Of a stretch of 64,000 bases of DNA, positions 19,671 through 31,962 are shown piece by piece (position 1 is the stretch's first letter; each line of letters begins with the position of its first letter). The DNA is taken from the NCBI GenBank assembly GCA_963822965.1, contig CAWGJT010000005.1:864001-928000 (forward strand). The letters are read 5' to 3'. The position numbers and the translations under genes are program-made. The stretch comes from an uncultured delta proteobacterium (GTDB lineage: Bacteria > Myxococcota_A > UBA9160 > UBA4427). The notes under the pieces are model-generated. The model saw nothing but the letters and a program-made list of their open reading frames with translations. It was not told the DNA's origin and did no database searches.

Positions 19671-20369
19671 TCAGCCGAACAGGCTGCCGGTGCGCGGCTC
19701 CGGGACCAGGCAGCCCGGATCGTCGTTGCGGGGGTCGTTCACCCGCAGGCTCGCCGGGCTCGGCTGCAGCCAGTCCGGCGGACACGGCGCCAGCAGGGGG
19801 AGCAGGACGTCCGGCTCCTGGGTGCGGCGGTCCAGCCAGGGGCCGTAGTCACCCGGTGCCAGCACCACCGGCATGCGGTCGTGGAAGGGGGCGAGGGTCT
19901 CGTTCGCGCGGGTGGTGACGAGGGTGCAGGAGTCGATCACCTCGCCGCCCTCGCCGATCCAGCGCTCGTAGAGCGCGGCGATCCCGAAGAGCCCGCCGTC
20001 GGGCCGGCGGAAGACGAACGGCCGCCGTTCGGCGCCGGTCCCGCCCCACTCGTAGAAGCCGTCCGCCGGCACCACGCAGCGCCGGCTCCGGAACGCCTCC
20101 CGGAAGGCGGGCTTCGTCGCCAGGGTCTCGGCCCGGGCGTTGATCATGCGGTACCCGATGGCCGGGTCCCTGGCCCAGTGCGGCACCAGCCCCCACCGCT
20201 CGCGGGAGGTGACCCGACGCCCGCCTTCGTCCTCCCGCACCGCCAGGATCTCCTGGGAGGGCGCGATGTTGTAGCGGGGCGGGCGGGCTTCGGGGCTCGC
20301 CGCTGCGTCCAGCTCGAAGTGCTGGGCGAGCTCGCCGGCCGAGCTCGTGAGCGTGATGCGTCCGCACAT
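19671..20369 (-). CDS. SOS response-associated peptidase (SRAP/YedK family)
   Basis: MCGR start, YNIAPSQ, INARAET, ADGFYEW, HDRMPV. Confidence 0.92.
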   Translation of the reverse strand: MCGRITLTSSAGELAQHFELDAAASPEARPPRYNIAPSQEILAVREDEGGRRVTSRERWGLVPHWARDPAIGYRMINARAETLATKPAFREAFRSRRCVVPADGFYEWGGTGAERRPFVFRRPDGGLFGIAALYERWIGEGGEVIDSCTLVTTRANETLAPFHDRMPVVLAPGDYGPWLDRRTQEPDVLLPLLAPCPPDWLQPSPASLRVNDPRNDDPGCLVPEPRTGSLFG

Positions 20370-20523
20370 CGCGGAGACCCCCGCGCCCCGGAAGACGAGG
20401 CTCGGGCCGAGCATACCGGACGGGAATCTCGCCGACCCCGACCCCCCGGACCGACTCCCAAGAGGACAACGCTCAGCGTTGTCCTCCGGTTGCAGGTCAG
20501 CGCCCCAGCGGGGCGCTGGCCGG

Positions 20524-21816
20524 TCAGGAGACGAGCTCTCCGCGCTCGACCACGGCCGCGAGCGCGTCGACCACGCGCGGATCGAAGTGGCCGCCGGCAC
20601 CCTCCCGGAGGCGCTCGAGGGTCTCGGGAACACCGAACGCGGGATGCTCGAAGTCTTCGTTCGTCAGCTTGTCGAAGGAATCGGCCACGGCGACGATGCG
20701 CGACTCGAGGGGGATGTCGCTGCCCGCCCGGCTCTCGGGATAGCCCGAACCGTCGAACCACTCGTGGTGGTAGAGGACGATGGGCGCCACGTCCTGCCAC
20801 AGGCGGATGCGGCTCAGCATGCGGTAGCCGAGCATCGGATGGCCCTGGCACTGGGCCGGGTCGTGGTGGAGCGCGCGGTCGATCTTCAGGTAGCCGATGT
20901 CGTGCAGGAGCGAGGCGAAGTGGAGCCGCTGCAGGCGCTCCTCGTCCAGGTCGAGCTCGCGCCCGATGCTGTTCGCGACCGCCGCGAGGCGGTTGGGATG
21001 GCCCGCGCGGGCGTCTCCGCGGTCGAGCTGGGCGTCGAGCGCCGTCACCAGCATGTCCGTCACGTGGGAGAAGAAGTTGCGCTGGGAGTTCTGGAGGTCG
21101 GCGTTCTGGAACGCAACGGCGGTGAGGCCCGCGAGCGAGCTCACCGCGTCGAGCTCCTCGCTGGCGAAGGCCGCACCCGGCTTCGTGTGCAGCAGCACGA
21201 AGGCGCCGCGCAGGCCGCCGCTCACGCGCAGGGGAACGACGGCCATCGCCGACGGCCGGCCCTGGGCGGCGGGCGCGCCCGTCTCGACGCACAGCGGCGA
21301 GTCGCCTTCCAGGGCCGCCTCGAGCAGCTCTCCGATGCGATCCTGGTTCGTCTGGTAGAGCGGCGCCGCCTCGTCGCCCGCCGACTCGCACACGAGCAGC
21401 GGCTTGTCCTTCGCGGCCTGCAGCAGCACGAAGGTGGCGCGCGCGCCGGTCAGCTCGAGCGCGCAGCCCGCCGCGGTGTCGGCCACGGCGTGGGTGTGCA
21501 GCGCCTGGGCGAGATCGCGCGAAGCGCCCAGGATGGTGCTGAGTCGATGGTTGTCGGCGTCCATCCGCTGCAGGGCGCCGTGGACCAGGCGTCGCAGCGC
21601 GAAGAAGGAGGCGAGCGACAGCAGGCCGACACCGAGCAGCACGCCGATCATCTGCACGGTGGTATCGCCGTCGCTGTCGAGGCCGGGCAACACGTAGCGG
21701 TGCAGCACGCCCGCCAGGATCGCCGTCGGGATGACGGAGCCGAGGAAGTAGGTCCCGAAGACCGCGCGATCGAGCTTCTGCGAGAAGAGCGACTGGATGT
21801 GGCTGGGATTGTTCAT
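20524..21816 (-). CDS. Membrane-anchored GAF + HD-GYP domain protein
   Basis: Two TM segments; LLHDIG, HHEWFDGSGYP, VADSFD, FDP. Confidence 0.85.
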   Translation of the reverse strand: MNNPSHIQSLFSQKLDRAVFGTYFLGSVIPTAILAGVLHRYVLPGLDSDGDTTVQMIGVLLGVGLLSLASFFALRRLVHGALQRMDADNHRLSTILGASRDLAQALHTHAVADTAAGCALELTGARATFVLLQAAKDKPLLVCESAGDEAAPLYQTNQDRIGELLEAALEGDSPLCVETGAPAAQGRPSAMAVVPLRVSGGLRGAFVLLHTKPGAAFASEELDAVSSLAGLTAVAFQNADLQNSQRNFFSHVTDMLVTALDAQLDRGDARAGHPNRLAAVANSIGRELDLDEERLQRLHFASLLHDIGYLKIDRALHHDPAQCQGHPMLGYRMLSRIRLWQDVAPIVLYHHEWFDGSGYPESRAGSDIPLESRIVAVADSFDKLTNEDFEHPAFGVPETLERLREGAGGHFDPRVVDALAAVVERGELVS

Positions 21817-22204
21817 CCACGGGCCCCCATGGGTCGAGGAATTCTTCGAAGAGGGGCGCAGCTGCGGCTCCCTGCGCGTGCCTATCGGCCACCCGCAGGT
21901 TCCGCTGGAGAGTTCGGGGGCGCCTGGAAAATGCCCCGCACGGCCCGCGCGCTCGTCCCGCGGGCGCGGGCCGGCGACTGCCACGAGAGCGGAAGCGCTC
22001 CGCTGCCAGGCGAGGCCGTCTCGCGCGGATGCCGCGCGTAACCGGGCCGGGCCGCGAGGCGTAGGTCGACCTGGAGGCGGGTGGCCGGCACACTGTGCCC
22101 CCGCAGCCCCGCGAGGAAGCGCGCAGGGAAGCGAGAGCCCCGCAAGGAATCGAGTCGAGCCGAGAGACGGACGAGAAAGAGACGAGAAGAAGCGAATGAA
22201 GCGA

Positions 22205-23210
22205 ATGGAGAGGGAGAGACCGTTGCTGATCCGCCGAGCCCCCGACCGTGCGCGAGAACGAGATCACCCCCGAGCCGCTGTACCTGCGCCGGCGGGACTT
22301 CCTCGCGGGCTCCGTGGCCGCGGGGGTCTGCGTTGCCGCCGGCAGCGCCGGCCTGCTGGCCTGCGGCGCCGGGGAGGCCAGCGCGAAGAACCCGCCCGAG
22401 CTGCCCACGCGCACCCTCGATGCGGTACCCGGCCCCGCCGCGCTCCAGACCGACGAGCCGCGCACCCCCTACGAGGACGCCACCCGCTACAACAACTTCT
22501 ACGAGTTCGGAACCGACAAGACGGATCCGGCGCGCTACGCGGGATCCCTGCGTCCCGAGCCCTGGTCGGTGGTCGTCGAGGGCGAGGTCGAGAAGCCGGG
22601 CCGCGTGCCGCTCGAGGACCTGCTGCGCAATCACGACCTGGAGGAGCGCGTGTATCGCCTGCGATGCGTCGAGGCCTGGTCGATGGTGATTCCCTGGATC
22701 GGCATTCCCCTCGGCGACGTCATCAGGCGCCTGCAGCCCACCTCGAAGGCGCGCTACGTGGCCTTCGAGACCCTCTACGACCCGGAGCAGATGCCGGGCC
22801 AGAAGCGCCGCGTGCTCGACTGGCCGTACCGCGAGGGGCTCCGCATGGACGAGGCGATGCACCCGCTCGCGATCCTCGGCGGTGGGCATGTACGGGAAGG
22901 TGCTGCCCAACCAGAACGGGGCGCCCCTGCGGCTGGTGGTGCCGTGGAAGTACGGCTTCAAGAGCATCAAGTCGATCGTGAAGATCCGGCTGCAGGAAGA
23001 CCGAGCCCGCACACGTCCTGGAACATGCAGGCGCCCCGGGAGTACGGCTTCTACGCGAACGTGAACCCCGAGGTCGACCACCCGCGCTGGAGCCAGGCGC
23101 GCGAGCGCCGCATCGGCGATCTGCGCCGCCGTCCCACCCTGCCCTTCAACGGCTACGCGGAGCAGGTGGCCAGCCTCTACGCCGGGATGGACCTGCGGAA
23201 GAACTTCTGA
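22205..23210 (+). CDS. msrP: Protein-methionine-sulfoxide reductase catalytic subunit (frameshifted in this sequence)
   Basis: Tat [36 protein letters not shown] (other frame), HPRWSQ. Confidence 0.9.
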
Positions 23211-23267
23211 GGTGACGGCGATCTCCCCGAAGCCCGTCTCCGAAGCCCCTCGTCGTCCGGGACGGGA

Positions 23268-23902
23268 TGGCTGGCGTCGCCCCGGGCGCGGCGACGCGCG
23301 CTGCGCGCCGGCACCCTGGTGCTGGGCTTCGCGCCCGCTGGTGGCGCTGGCCGGGCGCGCGCTGCTGGACGATCTCGGCGCGAACCCCGTCGAGACGGTG
23401 ACGCACACCACCGGCCTGTGGGCGCTGCGCTTCCTGATGCTGTGCCTGATGGTGACGCCGGTCCGGCGGCTCAGCGGCTGGCGCGCGCTCATCCTCGAGC
23501 GCCGGACCCTGGGGCTCTTCGCCTTCTTCTACGCGAGCCTGCACCTGGCCACCTACGTGGGCCTCGACCTCGGGTTCGAGTGGTCGTTCCTGGGCGAGGA
23601 CATCCTCGAGCGCCCCTACATCACGGTGGGCTTCGCGACCTTCCTGGTGCTGCTGTGCCTGGCGTCCACCTCGACTCGCGCCGCGGCGCGGCGGCTCGGC
23701 CGGCGCTGGAAGACGCTGCACCGGCTGGTCTACCTCGGCCGGCGTCGGCGCGGTCGTCCACTTCCTGTGGCTGGTGAAGGCGGACACCCGGGAGCCGCTG
23801 ACCTGTATGCGGGCGCTGCTCGCGGCCCTGCTCGGGATCAGGCTGTGGTGGGCGCTGCGGGGGCGGATGGCGGCGCGGCGTCCGCGGCCGGCTGCGACGT
23901 GA
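23268..23902 (+). CDS. msrQ: MsrQ heme-binding membrane subunit (frameshifted; ends approximate)
   Basis: GANPVE, TGLWAL, RRTLGL, YASLH, RPYITVG, WKTLHRLVY. Confidence 0.85.
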
Positions 23903-25617
23903 ACGCGGCACCGGCGAGGAGGCGACGACACGAACACCACCGAGATGACGTCCCAGGCCAGGTAGCGTGCGTCCTCCAGGAAGAAGAGCTGGTCCGAGAC
24001 GATCCAGGCGAGCACGCAGAGCGAGAGCGCCACGCCCATCCAGGGTCGCCTCCGGGACAGCATCGCCGCCCCCACCACGAACGGGTAGTAGTAGTTCGTG
24101 GGGCTCGTCAGCAGCGGGATCAGCGCGAACCCCAGCACCGCGGCCTCCACGGCCGAGATGCGGGCGAGCGCGCGCCAGAAGGCCAAGCAGGCCGAGCACG
24201 ACCAGCAGCGCCTGCAGGCTGCGGATGGCGCCCACCGCGAACGGCGCCGGGCGTCTCGACCTCGACCGTGCGCCCTTCGGGCGTGCGCACCTCGACCGTG
24301 GTGGCCCGGTGCACCAGCTCGGCGGCCAGCGCCGACAGACCGATCTTGTTGACGCCCGCCTGGGCGACGACGGCGCTCATCTTCTGCTGGAACTCGAGGT
24401 AGGCGCCGGGGCCGCGACCGGTGCCGAAGGCGCCCGGCCGCGAGCAGCAGCAGCGAGACCGGCCGCGACGCCTAGCCACGAAGCGCCGGGCGCCGCGCGG
24501 AATCCCCTCGCGCCGAACGCGCACGGCCGCGTGCGCGAGGAAGGCGGCCACGAAGATGCCCGGGAAGATCCGCAGCAGGGACGGCGAACGCGAGCGCGGC
24601 GCCGGACGCCAGCTGGCGGCCCCGCTCGAGCAGACACAGGCCCAGAACCGCCGAGAAGAGCCACAGGTTGCGCAGGAACGCGTCGCCGATCCAGTTGTAG
24701 GACCACAGCGGCGACGTCCCCCAGGCGAGGGCGGCGAGGCACAGCGCCTCGAGGCCGAACGCCCAGGCGATGAGGGCCCCCATGGCGAGCACCAGCCCGC
24801 GATCGAGGGCGATCAGCCACGGAAACCACGACGAGTCCGCCGGGATCGGCTTCGAGAAGAGCCCTCCCGCGAAGCTCCACACGGGGGTCGGGTTGTAGCC
24901 GTGATCCACCAGCAGGTGCGTCCAGCTTCCGCCCAGGATGCGCGGGCGGAAGAACGCGAGGTCGCGCTCGAACGACCGCCAGCGATCCGGCGAGAAGCGC
25001 TCCGGGCAGTCGCGCACCCCCGAAGCCGTGGCGGCCGGGGGCTCCAGCCGCAGGGTCCGCTGGTCGCGCACCTCGGGAAAGGCGTTCGGGTCCTGCTGCC
25101 CGTCCTCGACGAGCGCGGCCAGGGTGCAGTGATAGAGCTCGAAGTAGCCCAGCTCGCCGAAGTACTTCGAGCCCATGTAGTAGTGGAAGACGTCGGCGCC
25201 CTTGAAGCCGCCCGGATGGCCGGCGCGGAAGAAGTTGTAGTACGACGCGAAGGAGGCGAGCGCCAGCGCGCGCGAGCAGGGCGAGTCGCAGCCGGCGCCA
25301 GCGGTCGGGACGTCCGCCGCGCCGCGTCCAGGCGCCGGCGCAGAAGACCGCGAACCCCGCCAGGGCGATCCCGCCCCGCACCAGGCTCGCGTTGCGAAAG
25401 CGGGCCTCGTTCTCGGCGCGACGTGCGCGGCGCTCGGCCCAGCGGCTCCTGGGACGCGGGCCCTCGCGCTCCGCGGCGTCCGCCGCGGCCCGAACGGGCG
25501 CCTCGCGCGCTCTAGAACGCCGTGCACGGGTGCCTCCGGCGCGGCCCGCACGGGACCCGCCGCGCCGCAGAGGACCCACAGGCACGGCAGGAGCAGGAGC
25601 CCGAATCGGCGCAGCAT
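23890..25617 (-). CDS. Polytopic membrane protein, possibly GT-C glycosyltransferase-like (multiple frameshifts; 3' end approximate)
   Basis: Coding fragments in several frames: FHYYMGSKYFGELGY, DHGYNPTPVW, TNYYY and many TM segments. Confidence 0.5.
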
Positions 25618-25689
25618 CGGCGCATGATACCCGCGGCGCCGAGGGGCATCGCTTGCCCCGACCACCCGGGCGGGCCACTCTTGGGCGCC

Positions 25690-26887
25690 GTGAGCGAGCC
25701 CGCCGACGAGACCTTTCCCGCCAACGACGTCCACCGCATCGAAGCGGGCGGGCGCCGCTTCACCGTCGTCGGCACCGCCCACATCTCCCGGGAATCCGTC
25801 GACCTCGTGCGCCAGGTGATCGAGGGAGAGCGTCCGGACTGCGTCTGCCTCGAGCTCGACGCCCAGCGCTACCAGGCCCTGTCCCAGGAGCAGCGCTGGG
25901 AAGAGCTCGACCTCGGCCAGGTGGTGCGGAGCCGGCAGCTCGCCACCCTGATGGCGAACCTGATCCTCGCCTCGTACCAGAAGCGGCTCGGGGTGAAGCT
26001 CGGCGTCACCCCCGGCAGCGAGCTGCTCGAGGCCGGACGCACCGCGGAGCAGCTCGACGATTCCCGTCGCGCTCTGCGACCGGGACATCCGGGTGACCCT
26101 GCGGCGCGCCTGGAACTCGCTCTCGCTGTGGCGAAAGCTGATGCTGGTCTCGACGTTCGTGGCGAGCGCCTTCGACAGTCCGGAGCTCTCGGAGGAGGAG
26201 CTGCGCCGCATCCGGCAGCAGGACGTGTTGTCCGAGCTGATGGCCGAGCTCGGCGACGCCATGCCCGACCTGAAGCGCGTGCTGATCGACGAGCGGGACG
26301 CCTACCTGGCCCAGAAGATCCTCGAGTCCGAGGGCGAGCACGTGGTGGCGGTCGTCGGTGCCGGGCATGTGCAGGGCATGCTCGCGGCCCTGGGCGCCCA
26401 GGAGGCCGTCGACCTCGACGAGATCAACACCGTGCCGCCGGTCTCCCGGGTGTGGAAGTGGCTCGGATGGAGCATCCCGGCGGTGATCGTCGGGTCGATC
26501 GTGTGGATCGGTTTCACCCAGGGACAGGCCGCCGCCGGTCAGAACGCGGGCTACTGGTTCCTCGCCAACGCGATCCCGAGCGGCATCGGCGGGCTGATGG
26601 CCCTCGCGCATCCCGCCACCATCGCGACGGCGTTCCTCGCCGCACCCTTCACGTCACTGACCCCGCTCATCGGGGCGGGCTACGTGGCGGCCTTCGTGCA
26701 GGCCTGGGTGCGACCGCCGAAGGTCACGGAGTTCCAGACGGTGGGGATCGACATGTCCTCGCCCGCGGCCTGGTGGCGCAACCGGTTGCTCAAGATCTTC
26801 CTGGTCTTCATCCTCACGACCCTGGGCAGCGCGATCGGCACCTGGGTGGGCGGCATCGAGATCGTCCGCAACCTGTTCGGCCACTGA
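25690..26887 (+). CDS. TraB/GumN (PrgY-like) family protein, frameshift near 26060
   Basis: VGTAHISRES, CLELD, LIDERDAYLA, VVGAGH, C-terminal TMs. Confidence 0.85.
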
Positions 26888-26971
26888 GCGGCCCGCGCCG
26901 GTGACGCAGCGGCCGAGCGGCCCGGCGGCTCGTGCTTCCTTGCTCCCCCTTCGGTCCCGCGAGCCCACCTG

Positions 26972-28672
26972 ATGCCGTCCTTCGAAGCCCTTCACGACGC
27001 CGGCCCCTTGCTCATCGTGGCCGTGGTGATCGTCGTGGGCACCCTGGCGGGCGTCGCCGACGCGGCGCATCGGGCTGCCCGGCATCACCGGGCCAGATCC
27101 TGGCCGGCGTCGGCCTCGGCCGGGCGGGCGCTCGACCTCTTCGGGGAGGACTTCCCTCGCCGACCTCGAGCCCCTCACCCACTTCGCGCTCGGGCTGATC
27201 GCCGTGACCGTGGGCGCGCATCTCAACGTGCGGCGTCTCCGCAACGCCGGCAAGCGACTCCTGTTCCTGCTGTCGTGAGCGAGGCGACGGTGCTCCCGCT
27301 GATCGTCTTCGTGGCGGTCTGGACGACGACCCACGCGAGCGCCGAGCTGGCCCTCTTGCTCGGAGCCGTCTCGATCGCCACGGCGCCGGCCACGACCGTC
27401 GCGCTCGTCAAGGAGGGCCACGCCAAGGGCGTCTTCGTGAAGACCCTGGTCGCGGCCGTCGCCCTCAACAACATGGTCTGCATCGTGGTCTTCGAGGTCG
27501 TCCGAAGCTGGGTGGACGTCCACGAGCCGGGTGCCCGCGCCAGCATGGGTCCGATCGACGAGCTGCTGCTGGCCGCGGGCATCGGCACGGGGATCGCGTT
27601 GCTGATGGAGGTCGCCACGCGCCTGACCGTCCGGCGCGAACGGCTCGCCACGGCCGCGGTGGTCGCGCTCGTGCTGGCGTCCGGACTCGCCTCGACCCTC
27701 TCCGTCTCTCCCCTGCTCGCCTGCCTCTTCCTGGGCATCGTCCAGACGAACGTCAGCCGCACTCGCGACCGACTCGTGGACTCGGTGTTCGCGGACTTCG
27801 AGCCGGCGATCCTGACGGTCTTCTTCACGCTCGCCGGCATGCATCTCACCCTCGACCAGATGGGGTTCGCGGGCTGGGCGGCGTTGGTCTACTTCTTCGC
27901 GCGCATCGGAGGCAAGCTCGTAGCGGCGAACCTTGCGATGCGGCTCGCGCAGGCGACGGACCGGGTGCGGCGCAACCTCGGGCTGGCCCTCGTTCCCCAG
28001 GCCGGCGTCGCGGTGGGCCTGGTGCTGCTGGTCCAGGCAGACCCGTCGCTCACGCACCTCGCGGAGCTCTTCAGCGCCGTGGTGCTCACGGTCGTGACGA
28101 TGAACGAGATCGTCGGCCCCATCCTCACGCGGCTGGCCCTGCGTCGTGCCGGCGAGCTCGGGCCGGGACCGCATGCGCCTGATCGACTTCCTGCAGGAAG
28201 AGCACATCGAGACCGACTTCCACGCCCGCACCAAGCAGGAGGCGATCGAGAAGCTCGTCGATCTGCATGCTGCGCACCCAGGCCGTGAGCGGCGTCGACC
28301 GCCGGGCGCTGCTGGCGTCCGTCGTCGAGCGGGAGCAGCAGGCCTCCACCTGTCTCGGCGGGGGCCTGGCGGTGCCCCACGGGATCCTGCCGAGCGGCCG
28401 ACCCATGGTGGGCGTGATGGGTCTCTCGAAGGACGGGCTTCCCTTCGACACGCCCGACGACCGGCCGGTGCACTGCATGGTGCTGCTCGGCACCTCGCCC
28501 GAGCAGCGCGACCGCCACCTGCAGGTGCTGGCGGTGCTCGCGCGAACGGTCGGGCAGCGACCCGGCATTCCAGGTGCAGCTCTTCAACGCGCGCAGCCCC
28601 GCCCACGCCTACGAGATCCTGCACGGCGAGGAGTCCGAGGACTTCAACTACTTCCTGGACGACAGACCGTAG
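26972..28672 (+). CDS. Cation:proton antiporter fused to PTS EIIA-like domain (frameshifted)
   Basis: ATAPATT, FFTLAG, PQAGVAVGL, NEIVGP; then EREQQASTCLGGGLAVPH. Confidence 0.8.
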
Positions 28673-28813
28673 CGGCTCGCCCGACGGCGCGACGGACTCG
28701 CTCGATGGGGCGCCGGCGCGGTGGTAGACTCGGCGGCCGGCCTCCCCCGACAGCCTGCGAATCCCTTCTGCGGGTCCCGGCCGGCGGGCCCGGGCCCGCC
28801 CACGGAGCGTCGC

Positions 28814-29625
28814 TTGCGACAGTATCTGGACCTGCTCGAACGCGTGCTGGAGACCGGCACGCCCAAGGACGACCGCACCGGCACCGGCACCGTCAGCCGC
28901 TTCGGCGACCAGATCCGGGTGGACCTGCGGGAGCGCTTCCCGCTCCTGACCACGAAGCGCGTCCACTTCAAGTCCATCGTCCACGAGCTGCTGTGGTTCG
29001 TCTCGGGCGAGACGAACGTCCGCTACTCTGCAGGAGAACGGCGTCTCGATCTGGGACGAGTGGGCGGACGAGGACGGCAACCTGGGGCCGGTCTACGGCA
29101 GCCAGTGGCGGCACTGGCCCACGCCCGGGCCGCCCGGGCGAGCCCGAGCACATCGACCAGCTGGCCCAGGTGGTGGAGCAGATCCGCACGAGCCCCGATT
29201 CGCGCCGACTGGTCGTGAGCGCCTGGAACGCCGCCGAGCTGCCCGCGCATGGCGCTGCCCCCGTGTCACCTGCTCTTCCAGTTCTGGGTGGCCGGCGGGC
29301 CAGCTCTCGTGCGGCGTCTACCAGCGCAGCTGCGACCTCTTCCTGGGCCTCCCCTTCAACATCGCCTCGTACGCGCTGCTGACCCACATGGTCGCCCAGG
29401 TGACCGGGCTCTCGCCGGGCGACCTGGTGATCTCCCTGGGCGACGCGCACATCTACACCAACCACATGGAGCAGGTGAAGCGGCAGCTCGCGCGCGAGCC
29501 GCGAGCGCTGCCGCCGCCTGCGGCTCGATCCCGCCGTCAAGTCGCTCTTCGACTTCCGGGCCGAGCACGTGCGCCTCGAGGGATACGATCCGCACCCCGG
29601 CATCAAAGCGCCGATCGCGGTCTGA
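28814..29625 (+). CDS. thyA: Thymidylate synthase (frameshifted in this sequence)
   Basis: [44 protein letters not shown]. Confidence 0.93.
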
Positions 29626-29647
29626 GCGCCCCAGGCCGCCGTCCCGG

Positions 29648-30170
29648 GTGAAGCTCTCCATCGTCGCCGCCATGAGCGAGAACCGGGTGATCGGACGCGG
29701 GACGGACATTCCGTGGCGTCTGCCCGACGAGCAGGCGGCGGTCCGCCGCCTCACCATGGGCCACTGCCTCATCATGGGACGCAAGACGTGGCAGACGATC
29801 GGCCGGCCGCTGCCCGGACGTACGTCCATCGTCGTGACCCGCGACCGCGACTTCGAGGCCGGCTTCGACGAGGTGATCGTGGTGCACGACTTCGAGTCCG
29901 CCGTCGAGGCGGCGCGCGCGAAGGGCGACGACGAGGCCTTCGTGTTCGGGGGCGAGGCGATCTACGCCGCCGCCCTGCCCCGCGCCGACTCGCCTCTACC
30001 TGACGCGCGTCCACGCGACCGTCGAGGGCGACGCCCGCTTCCCGGACTTCGACGCCGCGAGTGGAAGCTGCGCGACGAGGCCCACCACCCGGCCGACGAC
30101 CGCAACGAGCACGCGTTCACCACCCAGCGCTACGAGGCGACGCGCCGGGCGGAGACGGGCACGCGTCAGC
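29648..30170 (+). CDS. folA: Dihydrofolate reductase (frameshifted; 3' end approximate)
   Basis: IVAAMSENRVIG, IPW, IMGRKTW, RPLPGR, FGGEAIY; directly after thyA. Confidence 0.9.
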
Positions 30171-31008
30171 CGGCGCGAGCGCCTCGTCGCAGACGTCGCC
30201 GGTGGCCACGTGCACCACCGGTCCCTGCTGCACGATGCCGCCGTCGGGATCGATCTCGACCGCGAGGCTGCCGCCGCGCATGCGCACGCGACCCGGGCGT
30301 CGCAGCGGCCGAGACGGTGCGCCACGGCCGCCGCCGCGCAGCTGCTCGAGCCCGAGGCCAGGGTGTGACCCGCGCCGCGCTCCCAGATCTCGATCTCGAG
30401 GGTGGCACGATCCCGCACCTGCACGAGCTGCACGTTGGTGCGATTCGGAAAGCGCGGGTCGCGCTCGATCCGCGGCCCGAGCCGCAGGACGTCCTGCTCC
30501 CGAAGCTCGTCCCGCAGGACGACGCAGTGGGGATTGCCGATCGTCGCGGCCGAGAACTCGAGCCGCTCGCCGTCCACCTCGAGCGGTTCGCGCAGCACCT
30601 CCCGCGGCGGTCCGGCCACCGGAATCTCCTCGCTCGCGAAGCTCGCCCGGCCCATCGCGACGCGCACCGCGCGCCCGCCGTCCAGCACCCGGCACTTCAC
30701 GTCGCCACCGGCCGTCCGCACCGGGAAGGCGTCCTCGCCCACCTCGCCGCGGTCCCACAGGTAGCGGGCGAAGATGCGCAGGCCGTTGCCGCTCTTCTCC
30801 GCCTCGGAGCCGTCCGGGATTGAAGATGCGCAGGCGGAAGCGGCCGCGCCTTCGCGTTCGGGCCGCGCAGCAGGATGCCGTCGCTGCCGACGCCCAGGCT
30901 GCGATGGCAGAGGCGCTCGATCGTCGCGGCGGGCAGACCGGCGTCCTCCGGGTCCTCGATCACCAGGTAGTCGTTGCCGAGCCCGTGGTACTTCTCGAAG
31001 GCGATCAT
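30166..31008 (-). CDS. dapF: Diaminopimelate epimerase (frameshifted)
   Basis: KYHGLGNDY, GSDG, IGNPHCV, FPNRTNV, WERGAGHTLASGSS. Confidence 0.9.
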
Positions 31009-31042
31009 GTCCAGGCGACCCGGTCGAAGCGACGGCGCTCCG

Positions 31043-31423
31043 TCAGCTGGAACGACGAGCGCCAGCAGCCGGGGCCCGAAGACCAGCAGGCCGACGACCG
31101 ACGCCGCCACCGCGGCCACCAGCACGGCGCCCGCCGCCGCGTCCTTGGCGGCGCCCACCCGCGGATCGCGCTCGGGATGGGCCGCGTCCGCCAGCAGCTC
31201 GAGGGCCGTGTTGAACGCCTCGGCGGTCCAGACCCCGCCGATCACGATCGCGACGGCGCACCACTCGAGCCGGGTGATGCCCAGGGCGAAGCCCAGCGCC
31301 ACGGCCGCCACGGTCATGACGGCGTGGATCCAGGCGTTGTGCTGCTCCCCGCACGACCACCCACAGGCCGTTCGCCGCGTAGCCGAAGCTGCGGATGCGC
31401 TCGCGCACGTCGAAGCCGGACAT
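31043..31423 (-). CDS. dgkA: Diacylglycerol/undecaprenol kinase family protein (frameshifted)
   Basis: SFGYAANG, EAFNTALE, AKDAAAGAVL. Confidence 0.8.
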   Translation of the reverse strand: MSGFDVRERIRSFGYAANGLWVVVRGAAQRLDPRRHDRGGRGAGLRPGHHPARVVRRRDRDRRGLDRRGVQHGPRAAGGRGPSRARSAGGRRQGRGGGRRAGGRGGGVGRRPAGLRAPAAGARRSS

Positions 31424-31455
31424 GTCGAGCCACAGGGTACACTCGCCGGCCCCGG

Positions 31456-31947
31456 ATGGGCGGAGCGGAACGATTCGCATCCGGATCTCGGAGCCCAGCG
31501 CCTCGACCTGTGCGAGGGGGGCCGAGTGCTGCGGAGCTACCCCGTCTCGACGGCGCGCGAACGGGCCCGGGGAGCGCCTGGGAAGCGAGTGCACCCCCCG
31601 CGGCGTCCACGTGGTGGCGGAGAAGATCGGGGCGGACGCGGCGCCGGGGACGGTCTTCGTGGGCCGCGTGCCCGACCGGCGAGGTTTGCACCCCCGATCT
31701 CTTCGCCGCGAGCCCCGAACGGGACTGGATCCTCACCCGCATCCTGTGGCTCGGCGGCTGCGAGCCCGACCGCAACCAGGGCGGCGACGTGGACACCCTC
31801 CGGCGCTACGTCTACATCCACGGCTGCCCGGACGCCCTGCCCCTGGGCCAGCCCGACTCCCACGGCTGCGTCCGCATGCACGACCCCGACGTGATCGACC
31901 TCTTCGACCGCGTGGAGGTGGGCACCCGGGTGGAGATCGTGGAGTAG
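31456..31947 (+). CDS. L,D-transpeptidase (YkuD) family protein (frameshifted)
   Basis: ILTRILWL, YIHG, SHGCVRM. Confidence 0.85.
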   Translation: MGGAERFASGSRSPAPRPVRGGPSAAELPRLDGARTGPGSAWEASAPPAASTWWRRRSGRTRRRGRSSWAACPTGEVCTPDLFAASPERDWILTRILWLGGCEPDRNQGGDVDTLRRYVYIHGCPDALPLGQPDSHGCVRMHDPDVIDLFDRVEVGTRVEIVE

Positions 31948-31962
31948 CGGCACGGCAGGCTG

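Noticed and set aside
30697..31317. Apparent DgkA-DapF fusion ORF
   Set aside because: It lies in the indel-rich block, and dapF has its own ATG at 31008; probably an artefact
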